Position numbers and translations under genes: made by a program
Notes under the pieces: generated by a model
What the model was told of the DNA's origin: nothing
Database searches by the model: none
The model's input: the letters and a program-made list of their open reading frames with translations, nothing else
Shown: positions 9,382 through 18,744 of the stretch, one piece after another
How the letters are laid out: each line of letters begins with the position of its first letter
Position numbering within the stretch: the stretch's first letter is position 1
NCBI GenBank assembly: GCA_016186425.1
Contig: JACPLR010000011.1
Span: 13,206 to 77,205, forward strand
From: Candidatus Pacearchaeota archaeon
GTDB lineage: Archaea; Nanobdellota; Nanobdellia; Pacearchaeales; GW2011-AR1
Length of the DNA stretch: 64,000 nucleotides
Direction: 5' to 3'

Positions 9382-10065
9382 ATGAAATCAATTCAAGTAA
9401 AAGATGTGAAGATAGAATGGCTTGGGCATTCTGGTTTCTTGATAACAAGCCAAGATGGAAAGAGAATTGCAATTGATCCTTTTAATATTAATTCTGGAAT
9501 TGATCCTGTTGATATGATTTTAATAACACATCCACATTATGATCATTGCAGTATAAAAGATATTCAGCTGCTAGTTAAAGAAGGAACAAGTGTTGTTGTG
9601 CCTATTGGAGCTCAAAGTAAAATAAACAAAATTGAAGGAATAAATATTCAACTTTCTCAGGTTGGCTTAAAGATGAAAGTTCAGGGAATTAATATTTATC
9701 CGTTTCCTGCTTATAATATAGACAAAGAATTTCATCCTAAAGAAGAGGACTGGATGGGTTATATGCTAAAGTTAAATGATGTGATTATTTATCATTCTGG
9801 TGATACTGATAATATTCCTGAAATGAATAATTTAGTTTATATTGCGCAGGAAGGAGAAGAAGTTGTTTTATTGCTTCCAGTTTCTGGAGTGTATGTAATG
9901 AATGCTAAAGAAGCTGTTAGCGTTGCAGAAATTATAAAGCCTGCTTTAGCAATTCCAATGCATTATGGTTCAGTTGCTGGAACAGAAGCTGATGCTAAAA
10001 AATTTGTAGAATTATGCAAGGAGAAAGGCATAAGAGCGGAAATTTTGGAAAAATTAAATGGCTGA
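9382..10065 (+). CDS. Metallo-beta-lactamase-fold metal-dependent hydrolase
   Basis: Starts from internal Met (MKSIQVKD...). Carries the HxHxDH motif (ITHPHYDHCS) and a later HYG motif typical of MBL-fold hydrolases. Confidence 0.7.
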   Translation: MKSIQVKDVKIEWLGHSGFLITSQDGKRIAIDPFNINSGIDPVDMILITHPHYDHCSIKDIQLLVKEGTSVVVPIGAQSKINKIEGINIQLSQVGLKMKVQGINIYPFPAYNIDKEFHPKEEDWMGYMLKLNDVIIYHSGDTDNIPEMNNLVYIAQEGEEVVLLLPVSGVYVMNAKEAVSVAEIIKPALAIPMHYGSVAGTEADAKKFVELCKEKGIRAEILEKLNG

Positions 10066-10393
10066 AAATAGGTTTAGAGAAAATCTTAATGAATATGCGA
10101 TAAATTTTCTTTTTGCGGGCATTTTGTATGCTGCTTTTTTTAGTTTTGTATTTCCAAAAATTATGAATGGCATGATTAATTACGGATATGAAATTTTTCC
10201 TGAAGTAAAAGCTCATAAAATTGCTGAAGATGGGAGAAAAGAAGAGGAGGTCAATAGAAAAAAGGTTAATGAGCTTGAGGATATTCTTACTTCTATGGCT
10301 GAGTTAGATTTGGAAAGGAATTTAGGCATTTTATCAGAGAAATCTAGAGAAGAATATGCAAAATTGCACAAAGAACTTGAATTTTATAAATAA
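10058..10393 (+). CDS. Small membrane protein with C-terminal coiled-coil/charged region
   Basis: An N-terminal hydrophobic segment (INFLFAGILYAAFFSFVF) is followed by a charged tail. Overlaps the upstream gene end by 8 nt. Confidence 0.35.
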   Translation: MAENRFRENLNEYAINFLFAGILYAAFFSFVFPKIMNGMINYGYEIFPEVKAHKIAEDGRKEEEVNRKKVNELEDILTSMAELDLERNLGILSEKSREEYAKLHKELEFYK

Positions 10394-10853
10394 AATTAAT
10401 TAGTATTTATGTTTTATGAGAACAAGAAAATATATAAATAGTACTAGTCAAATAATAAAATGTTAGAAACATATTCAATTAATGAGTTAATTAGACAAAC
10501 ACTTGACCCGGGTTTTTATGCAGTTCATAATGAAGACATCTTTTTTTCTAGTTCCAGGCAAGAGTTGTCCAGTTTTTTAGATAGTATTGGGTGTAAATCT
10601 GAAATAAAACCCAATGATGATGGATATCATCCAACATATCGTGATGATGATATTCTTACTGAAGAGCATATTGGTAAAAGAGTTTGCTAAATTTCGTTAA
10701 TTTTCTGTTAAAATTCTATATTTTCCATAAGAATAAAATGAACCCTTTTAAAAACGGTTCCCAAAACCTATATTTCTTACAAGAATAAAATATATAAACA
10801 AGCAATTTGTTGCTTTTGTTAATATTGATTGAAAGGAGGTTAAATAAAAAGAG

Positions 10854-11930
10854 ATGGTATTAGATTTTGCAAAAGAGGCGATAGAGCATGCTTCTACCCA
10901 TAGCATTAACTTTGATGAATTAAAAGCCGGAAAAGCTAACATCAAGGTTTTTGGAGTGGGTGGGGCTGGATGCAACGCTGTTACATGGCTTTTTAACAAA
11001 GGAGTTTCAGGAGCTACTGTTTATTCTGCAAATACAGATGCCTTGCATTTAAGTATTAGTAAATCTGATGAGAAAATACTTATCGGAAAGGAATTAACAA
11101 GAGGTCTTGGATGTGGCGGATATCCTGCTAAAGGAAGAGAAGCTGCAAAAGAATCTTTGGCTGAAATTAAAAGAGCTGCATCAGGAGCTGATATGGTTTT
11201 TATCATATCTGGAATGGGAGGCGGAACCGGAACTGGAGCTGCACCTGTTTTTGCGCAGATGTCTAAAGAAGCTGGAGCTGTTGTGATAGGAGTTGTTACA
11301 ATGCCTTTTGAGTGTGAGAAATCAAGAATTGACAAAGCAGAGTTTGGATTACAGGAATTAAGAGATACTGTTGATACTTGTATTGTTATCGACAACAACA
11401 GGCTTGTTGATATTGCTGGAAACCTGCCTATTGAGCAAGCATTTGCCGTCGCAAACGAACTTGTTAGTACAATGATAAAAGGAATCGTGGAAACAATTAC
11501 CTTGCCTTCATTGATTAACCTGGACTATGCGGATGTTTCAGCTATTATGAAAAATGGCGATGTTGCTGTTATAGGAATTGGCGAAAGCGACACTCAAAAC
11601 AGGGTTGATGAGGCTGTAAGACAGGCTTTAACTCATCCACTTTTAGATGTGGATTACAGAGGAGCTTCAGGAGCTTTAATACATATAACTTGTGGTCCGG
11701 ATATGAAATTAGAGGAGTTCAGTAATATAGGACAGTTAATTACTGAAAATCTTAATCCAGAGGCGCAAGTTATTATTGGAGCTAGAATTAATAAGGAATT
11801 CCAGGGAAAGATAAGAGTTATAACAATTATGACTGGAGTTAAATCTCCTTATGTGCTTGGAAGGCCTGCATATGAAGCAGCAATTGCTAGACCTCAGATA
11901 TCTGATTTAGGCATTCAGACATTCCGTTAA
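10854..11930 (+). CDS. ftsZ: Cell division GTPase FtsZ
   Basis: Tubulin signature GGGTGTG (ISGMGGGTGTGAAPV) and GVGGAGCNAV, T7 loop region and archaeal FtsZ C-terminus. Length 358 aa. Confidence 0.9.
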   Translation: MVLDFAKEAIEHASTHSINFDELKAGKANIKVFGVGGAGCNAVTWLFNKGVSGATVYSANTDALHLSISKSDEKILIGKELTRGLGCGGYPAKGREAAKESLAEIKRAASGADMVFIISGMGGGTGTGAAPVFAQMSKEAGAVVIGVVTMPFECEKSRIDKAEFGLQELRDTVDTCIVIDNNRLVDIAGNLPIEQAFAVANELVSTMIKGIVETITLPSLINLDYADVSAIMKNGDVAVIGIGESDTQNRVDEAVRQALTHPLLDVDYRGASGALIHITCGPDMKLEEFSNIGQLITENLNPEAQVIIGARINKEFQGKIRVITIMTGVKSPYVLGRPAYEAAIARPQISDLGIQTFR

Positions 11931-12107
11931 TAAAAACCACCTCCGGGTTTTTATGAATCCTGGAGCCACGTTGTAATAAGGCAAATATTTTATTTTTTAT
12001 TTTCTTTGCCTTTTTTATTTCTTAGAATATATTTTAATTAATAGTATATAATCTATAGAATTATTATGGTATTAAGCGGTTAATTAATAAAGTATCTGTA
12101 GCTTTCA

Positions 12108-12218
12108 CATTCAAATCAGGCAAAAATATGGGGTGTTTAGCTAAACTTTTTTCTGAAAATATTGCAATAAACAAATTTAAAGGAAAGTTTGATAAAGAAA
12201 ACCATGGGTTGTCTTTAT
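12108..12218 (+). repeat. A-type leader variant (aaatcaggcaaaaatat...) fused to B-type module (ggaaagtttgataaagaaaaccatgggttgtctttat)
   Basis: Shares aaatcaggcaaaaatat and gaaaatattgcaat with the copy at 55401. The B module is identical to the copy at 58228. Confidence 0.7.
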
Positions 12219-12280
12219 TTTTTAAGCTTGAAATGTTAATCTTTATCGTTTAGGTGGTTTTTAACTTGTAGAGATCATTA

Positions 12281-12372
12281 ACTTACTCATTTAAATTAGG
12301 AAAGGATGTTATGTAATTCAAGAACTTTTTGAAAACATACAATATCAAATTTTTCTATGTGAAAAATTTAAC
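12281..12372 (+). repeat. A-type intergenic repeat copy (leader + hairpin 1 TTCAAGAA..TTTTGAA + hairpin 2 AAATTTTTC-tatgtg-GAAAAATTT-AAC)
   Basis: cttactcatttaaattaggaaaggatgttatgtaattcaagaactttttgaaaacatacaatatcaaatttttctatgtgaaaaatttaac. Confidence 0.8.
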
Positions 12373-12483
12373 TTGATTTTATAGCTGTTTAATTTAATTA
12401 GTGTATGTGCATAATAGATTAGATATAACATACTTCTTTTTTACTTCCATAGAACTTAAAAATCCTCAATACTTAAGCATTTT

Positions 12484-13059
12484 ATGGAAAATCTTACAAA
12501 AGAGACTCTAGATGAACTGGATAATGCCAGGGATTTAGAAAACATGAAAAAAGTTGAAGCAGCGCTTTTTGTGTCTGGCAAGTTTCTTACAACACAAGAG
12601 CTAGTAGCTTTAACTGATTTAAATCCCATTCTTTTAAACCAGGTTTTAACTAAGCTCATGGATAAGTATGATGATGGCTCTGCGATTGAAATAGTTAATA
12701 AAGGAGATTTATGGAAAATGGATATTAAAGGGAATTATACCAGTATTGTAAATAAATTAGCTACAGGAAACGAAGAGTTTACAAGAGCTGAACAAGAGAC
12801 ATTAGCTGTTATTGCGCATAAGCAACCGATGAAACAGTCAATGGTTATTCAGATGAGGGGAAATAAAGCTTATGACCATATTAAAAGATTTACAGAACTC
12901 GGATTAATAAAGAGCAAGAGATTTGGAAGAACAAGAGAATTAAGCTTGAGCGATGATTTTTATGATTATTTCAGTGTTGGAAAGAAAGCCAATGAAATAA
13001 AAGAGAAAGAATCGGATAAAAAAGATTTATCGGAAGGGGATAAGGGAAAAGGAGAGTAA
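12484..13059 (+). CDS. scpB: Segregation and condensation protein B (ScpB)-like winged-helix protein
   Basis: VEAALFVSGKFLTTQEL matches the ScpB N-terminal wHTH, and a second wHTH-like repeat is present. Acidic/K-rich tail. Confidence 0.6.
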   Translation: MENLTKETLDELDNARDLENMKKVEAALFVSGKFLTTQELVALTDLNPILLNQVLTKLMDKYDDGSAIEIVNKGDLWKMDIKGNYTSIVNKLATGNEEFTRAEQETLAVIAHKQPMKQSMVIQMRGNKAYDHIKRFTELGLIKSKRFGRTRELSLSDDFYDYFSVGKKANEIKEKESDKKDLSEGDKGKGE

Positions 13060-13061
13060 TC

Positions 13062-14315
13062 ATGGAATTTTATCATGTTTTAATATACATTTTAGCATAT
13101 ATAGGGTTTTTTGCGATTGCATATTATGTAATAAGTCTTTTCACTTACTATAAAAATAAAGAAATAGATGGCGAAAGTACGGATAAGAAAGTAAGTATTT
13201 TAATTCCCGCTTATAATGAGGAAGAAGGCATAGCTAGAACAATTGAATCGGCTTTATCTCTTGACTACCCAAGAGATAAATTAGAAATTATAGTTGTTGA
13301 TGATGGCAGTCACGATGATACTTATAAAATTGCAAAAACATTTATTTCAAGTAAAAATTCTATAGTAAAAGTTTTTACCAAGAAAAATAATGGAAAAGCA
13401 TCTGCATTAAATTTTGGCATAGAAAAATCTAAAGGCGAGATAATTGTTTCTATGGATGCTGATAGTTTTGTTAATCCAGATGCATTAAAAAAAATGGTTT
13501 ATTTCTTTAAGAATAAAGAAGTTATGTCAGTATCTCCCTCTATGGGCGTTTATAAGCCAAAAAATATATTAGAGAGAATTCAGCATATAGAATATTACAT
13601 GGGAGTTTTTTTAAGAAAATCTTTCGCAACAGTTAATGCAATTCATATAACTCCTGGAGCCTTTTCAGCTTATAGAAAGGAATTTTTTTTAAAGCACGGA
13701 GGGTATGATGAAAAAAATATTACTGAAGATTTGGAAGTTGCCTTGAGAATTCAAAGATATGGTTATATTATAGAAAATGCTCCCAAGGCAGTCGCTTATA
13801 CTATTGTTCCAAAGACTTTTAGACCTTTAATGATTCAGAGAAGAAGATGGTATGTTGGACTTATAAATAATTTATGGGAATATAAAGATTTAATCAGCCC
13901 TAAAAAAGGGCCTCTTGGATTAGTTGTTCTGCCAGTTGCAATAATTACAGTCATCCTCTCTTTGATATTGACTGTTTATTCAATAATAAGGTCTTTAATT
14001 CAGGTTAGAAACGAGCTAATATCATTAAGCGCAATTAATTTTCGGTTTAACGATGCCTTTGAAATAAATCAGTTCGTTTTTAGCCAATTCTTTTATCAAT
14101 TATTTAGTTCACCAATATTTTTAATAAGTTTTATATTTGCAATTATAATGGCATTTTACTTGCGCTTTTCGAGGCATCAAATGAGATATAGCGAAAATAT
14201 CAGATTAAATTTATTCTTATTTTTATTCTTTTACAGTTTCCTTTTTTCTTTTTGGTGGATTATTTCATTTCTTTATGCTATATTAAATAAGAAAGTTATT
14301 TGGAGGAAAGAGTAA
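13062..14315 (+). CDS. Family-2 glycosyltransferase, processive beta-glycan synthase-like (PgaC/IcaA/NodC/cellulose-synthase-like), integral membrane
   Basis: Catalytic motifs appear in order: DDGSHDDT (D,D), SMDADS (DxD), TEDLEVALR (TED) and QRRRW (QxxRW). An N-terminal TM segment and several C-terminal TM segments are present. Confidence 0.75.
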   Translation: MEFYHVLIYILAYIGFFAIAYYVISLFTYYKNKEIDGESTDKKVSILIPAYNEEEGIARTIESALSLDYPRDKLEIIVVDDGSHDDTYKIAKTFISSKNSIVKVFTKKNNGKASALNFGIEKSKGEIIVSMDADSFVNPDALKKMVYFFKNKEVMSVSPSMGVYKPKNILERIQHIEYYMGVFLRKSFATVNAIHITPGAFSAYRKEFFLKHGGYDEKNITEDLEVALRIQRYGYIIENAPKAVAYTIVPKTFRPLMIQRRRWYVGLINNLWEYKDLISPKKGPLGLVVLPVAIITVILSLILTVYSIIRSLIQVRNELISLSAINFRFNDAFEINQFVFSQFFYQLFSSPIFLISFIFAIIMAFYLRFSRHQMRYSENIRLNLFLFLFFYSFLFSFWWIISFLYAILNKKVIWRKE

Positions 14316-14316
14316 G

Positions 14317-14955
14317 ATGAAAGAAATTAATCGCAAACATCCTATTAAGCATTATTTAATGGCTTTTATTGCTTCAACAATTATTTTTATTTTAATATCT
14401 TTAATTTCTTATTCAATATCTTACTTAAATTACCGCGATATTTCTTCTAGGAATAATGTAATTAATGACTACATAAATGATCTTTCCGGGTATATTTCTG
14501 AATTAAATTGCAGTAATCAACTCCTATTTGATTCATCGGAAAGATTAGATGAGGTTGGATTTAAAATGAGTATACTTGAAAATAGATTTGGTAAAGATGA
14601 CGTTAGAGTGATCTCCCAAAAAAAGCTTTATACTCAATTAGAGTTGAACCATTTTAATATCGTTCGTGAATTTAATAATAAATGCAACACATCTTTTAAT
14701 ACAATTATATTTTTTTACTCAAATAAGAAGGAAGTTAAGGATGAAAATGAGCGAGTAGGGTTTGTATTAAGTACACTAAAAAATAAATGGCCTGAAGATG
14801 TTATGATATATTCTTTTGATTATAACTTAGATTCTTATTTAATTTATGATTTAAAGAGTAAATATAAGGTTATTGACACACCATTTGTTTTAGTAAATGA
14901 GAGAGATAAAGTAGAAGTAAAAAATATAAAGGATATTGAGCGATTGATTAAGTAA
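14317..14955 (+). CDS. Membrane protein (single N-terminal TM), translationally coupled to GT2 synthase
   Basis: Its start lies 1 nt after the GT2 stop (TAAGATG). It has an N-terminal hydrophobic anchor (LMAFIASTIIFILISLISY) and a soluble remainder. No family recognised. Confidence 0.5.
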   Translation: MKEINRKHPIKHYLMAFIASTIIFILISLISYSISYLNYRDISSRNNVINDYINDLSGYISELNCSNQLLFDSSERLDEVGFKMSILENRFGKDDVRVISQKKLYTQLELNHFNIVREFNNKCNTSFNTIIFFYSNKKEVKDENERVGFVLSTLKNKWPEDVMIYSFDYNLDSYLIYDLKSKYKVIDTPFVLVNERDKVEVKNIKDIERLIK

Positions 14956-15034
14956 TTCTTACCATTTTCTTATGATTTTTTACCATTCTTTAGACTATAC
15001 AAAAGAATAAAAATAGCAGTTTTATATATTTTTC

Positions 15035-15763
15035 ATGGAAATTCAGTTAAACGATGAAAAATGCATGCTTTGCGGCAGCAATTCTGGAGAATCTGGATTA
15101 ATTGATGCAATTGACGGGCGTGAAATCATAAAGCTATGCGAGAATTGCGCTTCTAAAAATAATTTCCCTTTAATAAGAAAACCAACCCAAGAGCAGATAA
15201 ACAGGGCTAATAGGTTTTATGGAGTGAGAGATAGGTTAATGGTTAACAGGCCTGATTTAAAGCAGATAGCTGTGAGGAAAGAGACCCCTGAAGATAAAGA
15301 GCTAAAGAGGGTTATTTCTGAAAATGCAAAACTGCAGAAATACGAAGACTTAGTTGATAATTTTCATTGGCATATTCAGCAGGGAAGAAGAATGAGAAAA
15401 TTAAGCCAGAAACAGCTTGCTGAAATGATTGCAGAGCCTGAAGTTGTGATAAGCATGGCTGAACAAGGAAAGTTACCTGAAGATTATAATAGAGTTATAA
15501 GTAAACTTGAGCAGTTTTTAAAAGTCAAGCTGAAAAAACAAGAGGACAAGCCTGTTTCTGAAACAGAACAAAACCAAGAACAAAGTGAAGAAGAAGGATT
15601 TGACATTAAGAAAGCAAATTTCTTCAAGGTGACTACTGGCTATTTAAAATCCCTGAAAGAAAAAATGATTGGAAAGCAGGAAGCAAAAGAGGAAAAAAAG
15701 GAAGAGCAGGAGAAAACCCTTGATGAGGAGAAATTAGCTGAGGGTGGCGATGTTAAGAAATAA
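15035..15763 (+). CDS. Zinc-ribbon plus HTH (XRE-type) protein, MBF1-like, with acidic/K-E-rich C-terminal tail
   Basis: A C4 zinc ribbon (CMLCGS...CENC) is followed by an HTH_3-like segment (LSQKQLAEMIAEPEVVISMAEQGK). This architecture matches archaeal multiprotein bridging factor 1. Confidence 0.5.
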   Translation: MEIQLNDEKCMLCGSNSGESGLIDAIDGREIIKLCENCASKNNFPLIRKPTQEQINRANRFYGVRDRLMVNRPDLKQIAVRKETPEDKELKRVISENAKLQKYEDLVDNFHWHIQQGRRMRKLSQKQLAEMIAEPEVVISMAEQGKLPEDYNRVISKLEQFLKVKLKKQEDKPVSETEQNQEQSEEEGFDIKKANFFKVTTGYLKSLKEKMIGKQEAKEEKKEEQEKTLDEEKLAEGGDVKK

Positions 15764-15822
15764 GGTTTTGAAATTTAATTCTGAAAATGTAAAAAAATAT
15801 TAGTAACTTAAGATGTAAAAAT

Positions 15823-15880
15823 AAGGGAAGGATATAGTATTATTTCAAGAACAATTTTGAAAATATCACAACATCTTTAC
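15823..15880 (+). repeat. A-type repeat, partial (leader + hairpin 1 only)
   Basis: ataagggaaggatatagtattatttcaagaacaattttgaaaatatcacaacat. Confidence 0.7.
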
Positions 15881-16023
15881 ATGGTTTTTAAGCCGGATTA
15901 AGTATGTTAAAATTACAATTTTCAGTGGCTTATCCTAATAAATTATGGAAAGATATTACATATTTTCAGAACTCAGAAAGATTTATAAGCCATCTTTTTG
16001 ATTCTATTTATAATTAAATCAAA

Positions 16024-16059
16024 GGAAGCTTCATAAAAGAAACCTTTGTGTTATTTATA
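16024..16059 (+). promoter_or_regulatory. B-type X unit directly upstream of rpoL start (tttataATG context shared with rpl39e)
   Basis: ggaagcttcataaaagaaacctttgtgttatttataATG. Confidence 0.4.
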
Positions 16060-16320
16060 ATGAGAACTGAAATAATTAAAGATGAGAAGAATGAAATGGA
16101 AATATCAATAGATTCTCTGACTGTTGCAGAAGCTATTAGGGTTTATCTTCAGAAAGATGATGCTGTCAGCTTTGCTGCATGGAGACAGGAACATCCTAGC
16201 AAGCCAGTGCTTTTAAGGATTGAAACAAAAGGCAAATCTCCAAGAAAGGCAATTGAAGATGCTATTGAACATATTCAAAAAGACGCTGATAAGCTGGTTG
16301 CGGAAGTGAAGAAGGCTTAA
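16060..16320 (+). CDS. rpoL: DNA-directed RNA polymerase subunit L (Rpo11)
   Basis: The pattern MRTEIIKDE...ISIDSLTVAEAIRVYL...VSFAAWRQEHP...LRIETKG matches Rpb11/RpoL. Start chosen at the Met directly following the B-type promoter-like repeat (tttataATG); the ORF track's upstream Met at 16048 is less likely. Confidence 0.7.
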   Translation: MRTEIIKDEKNEMEISIDSLTVAEAIRVYLQKDDAVSFAAWRQEHPSKPVLLRIETKGKSPRKAIEDAIEHIQKDADKLVAEVKKA

Positions 16321-16460
16321 ATATCTACTTCGCAGAGATTATATAATTTCTGAAAAATAAAAGATAAATTATTAATAAAATTTATAAGTTTTTAATTTAA
16401 ATATTGGTAGTTCAAGTTTAATGAATCATGGAAAGTTATTGCAATATTTTCAAAATAATT

Positions 16461-16757
16461 TTAATTTTTAAATACTATTGAAGATTTTTCTACTGTTATG
16501 CATCTGCTGGCCTCTTCACCATGCCCGTATACGCCAAAAAAATTTCCGTGTGGGACAGCAAGTAATATAAGCCCTTTTTCTATATCTTCATCCAATACTT
16601 GAACTTCTAGCAAGGAATTATCAGAATTTTCATTAGTATGGCATTGGTCAAAATATATCTCAAACATTTTTCCTTCATAATCTCTAACCTTGCCAATTCT
16701 ATGACTGCTGAATAATCCTGGTTGGATATCATTAATTGGAATATAAGTCTTTCCCAT
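16461..16757 (-). CDS. Hypothetical protein (98 aa) with conserved-looking H/C residues
   Basis: Clean ORF. Contains CHTNE and VPHG...YGHGEE...C. No confident family assignment. Confidence 0.4.
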   Translation of the reverse strand: MGKTYIPINDIQPGLFSSHRIGKVRDYEGKMFEIYFDQCHTNENSDNSLLEVQVLDEDIEKGLILLAVPHGNFFGVYGHGEEASRCITVEKSSIVFKN

Positions 16758-16823
16758 TTTTTATTGTTAATTTATTATTTATGTTATTTTTAAATATTTG
16801 GATAATTCAGTAGATTTAAAACT

Positions 16824-16918
16824 CAGTAATTCTAGCGAAAAAGGCAGGGAAAGTTATGATGTGATTTCAAAATATTCTTGAAAATACACAATATAAAATT
16901 TTTCTATGTGAAAAATTT
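16824..16918 (+). repeat. A-type repeat copy (with upstream agta.ttctagcgaaaaa extension)
   Basis: tcagtaattctagcgaaaaaggcagggaaagttatgatgtgatttcaaaatattcttgaaaatacacaatataaaatttttctatgtgaaaaattttgcc. Confidence 0.8.
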
Positions 16919-16947
16919 TGCCTTATTTAGGCTAGGTTGTAGAATAT

Positions 16948-17136
16948 TTATAGCTTTTTTTCAAGCCCTTTATCTTCTTTTTTTCTTTCTATATTTCTAA
17001 TATCATACCATAATTTTATAGAATGGCCAAGAAAAAATAGTCCTCCAACTACCATTACTCCTGATGCTACATTTAGAAAGTTTGAATTAGTGATATAATC
17101 TGAAATTGTTTGGTAAGTTTGTCTAATTTCTTCCAT
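16948..17136 (-). CDS. Small membrane protein (62 aa)
   Basis: Single hydrophobic helix (VASGVMVVGGLFFLGHSI) and K/E tail. Small, so low confidence. Confidence 0.3.
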   Translation of the reverse strand: MEEIRQTYQTISDYITNSNFLNVASGVMVVGGLFFLGHSIKLWYDIRNIERKKEDKGLEKKL

Positions 17137-17220
17137 AGTTTTTGTTACTATGATATAGTTTATAAAGCTTTTGATTTCAAGTTATTTTTTAATTGATAAT
17201 TAGATGAGTAGTTTTTTTAA

Positions 17221-17817
17221 TTAAATCCCCCTCCTATCTAATTCGTTATTAACAATTGTTACAACTTGGCTGGCAAAATAAGTTTTGTTTCCTACTGAAA
17301 CAGGAGTTGCTATAGACTTGAGCTTTTTCAGCTCTTTCTTGTTAAACCCTTCATTATCCCCCAATAGAAAAACCGGGCTGTTAGCAATTTTTATTTTTCT
17401 TATGTCTTTTCCTTTGTCATCTAAAACATAAATTTCTTTCCCCTCTTTTTGCATTTCTTCTATTAATTTAAATAATGATTTCTTTTCAATCTCAAAACCT
17501 TCTTCTACAATTGTATTCTGACCTGATTTATATTTATACAGCATTTTTTTAATTAGGTTTGCAATATCTTTTTTGCTTATTGATATTTTGCCAACTGTTT
17601 TCTTGCCCTTTGGGTTTAAAAGAATATGTTTTGGTGGATCAGGAGGGCCGTTAAATACTAGATGCACTCTGACATCATCTCTCATATTGTGGGATATAAA
17701 GAAAGCATGAATTATAGAATGAATTGCAATATCCATTCTTCCGGCATCCATAAGATTCTCTGTTGGAAAATTGCCTGTTGTTCTTGCCCGGTTTGAGAAG
17801 TAAATGAATTCTCTCAT
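17221..17817 (-). CDS. trmY: SPOUT methyltransferase, TrmY-like (tRNA pseudouridine54 N1-methyltransferase family, DUF358)
   Basis: N-terminus MREFIYFSNRARTTGNF...DAGRMDIAIHSIIHAFFISH resembles the TrmY family (MR-F-----A-T-G-F...GRMD). Length ~200 aa. Confidence 0.55.
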   Translation of the reverse strand: MREFIYFSNRARTTGNFPTENLMDAGRMDIAIHSIIHAFFISHNMRDDVRVHLVFNGPPDPPKHILLNPKGKKTVGKISISKKDIANLIKKMLYKYKSGQNTIVEEGFEIEKKSLFKLIEEMQKEGKEIYVLDDKGKDIRKIKIANSPVFLLGDNEGFNKKELKKLKSIATPVSVGNKTYFASQVVTIVNNELDRRGI

Positions 17818-17927
17818 GATTATTTGAAGGAAGTAGTGTTATTAAGGTTAACTTTTTGCATCTAACTTATAGAGAATTCTAATTTCTAGAAGATAATTAA
17901 TAAAAATCAGAAACTTACTTATATAAA

Positions 17928-18005
17928 TAAGGTAAAGATGTGGCATGATTTCAGAACAATTTTGAATCTATACAATCCAAAATTTTTCTATGTGAAAAAT
18001 TTAAC
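17928..18005 (+). repeat. A-type repeat copy
   Basis: aaggtaaagatgtggcatgatttcagaacaattttgaatctatacaatccaaaatttttctatgtgaaaaatttaac. Confidence 0.8.
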
Positions 18006-18064
18006 ATGAGCTATTAGATATTTAAATTAATTGTAATAGCAACAATAGTTATGCCCTAATGGCG

Positions 18065-18688
18065 TTAACTTTTTGTATGTCTGCGAAAAATTTTTTTAGG
18101 AATTATTTTAATTCTTGCTGTTCCTTTTGCGGATATGTTTCCATTTGAATTTACATAGTCTGTTCTAATTTCATAATCTCTTTTTGAACCATCTATTTTT
18201 TTAAGTGTTCCAATATCAAGTAATGGATTTTGCAAAGGAATTCCATTAAATTCAAGTGTTTGGCTTAAATAAACTGGAAAGTTATCTTCCCCTATTAATT
18301 CTAGCCCTTGGCTGCTCCTTTGCAGGTCTCCTGCTATTAAATAAAGTAAATTAAATTTTTCATTATTCTCTCCACTATGGGTTCCATAACTAAATCTTCC
18401 CATGCATAATTCTTTTTCTTCTTTATCATGAAACATAAATTCTAAAGCATCTTCTTTCCTAGTTAAATTAAGCCATAAATTTAAAGGATAAAATGCTTGA
18501 TTTGTAAAACTAACCTCTAAACGTGAGACTGGCTTGCATAAATGACTTTCAACAAGTCTTGTATAATACATGCCTGGCATTACTTTTTGCCCTATATGAA
18601 GATTTATGTTTGGATCTTTTATTTCTTCAAGAAAGTTCTCAATTTTCTTATCTGATGTATTTTCTTCTGTTATTTTTATAGTTATCAT
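18065..18688 (-). CDS. Hypothetical protein (207 aa)
   Basis: Clean ORF between trmY and cbf5. No family recognised. Confidence 0.45.
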   Translation of the reverse strand: MITIKITEENTSDKKIENFLEEIKDPNINLHIGQKVMPGMYYTRLVESHLCKPVSRLEVSFTNQAFYPLNLWLNLTRKEDALEFMFHDKEEKELCMGRFSYGTHSGENNEKFNLLYLIAGDLQRSSQGLELIGEDNFPVYLSQTLEFNGIPLQNPLLDIGTLKKIDGSKRDYEIRTDYVNSNGNISAKGTARIKIIPKKIFRRHTKS

Positions 18689-18744
18689 ATAGTGAGTTCT
18701 AATTTATAATTTAAAAACCTGTTGTTTTTCAGTTTTTAATTGAA

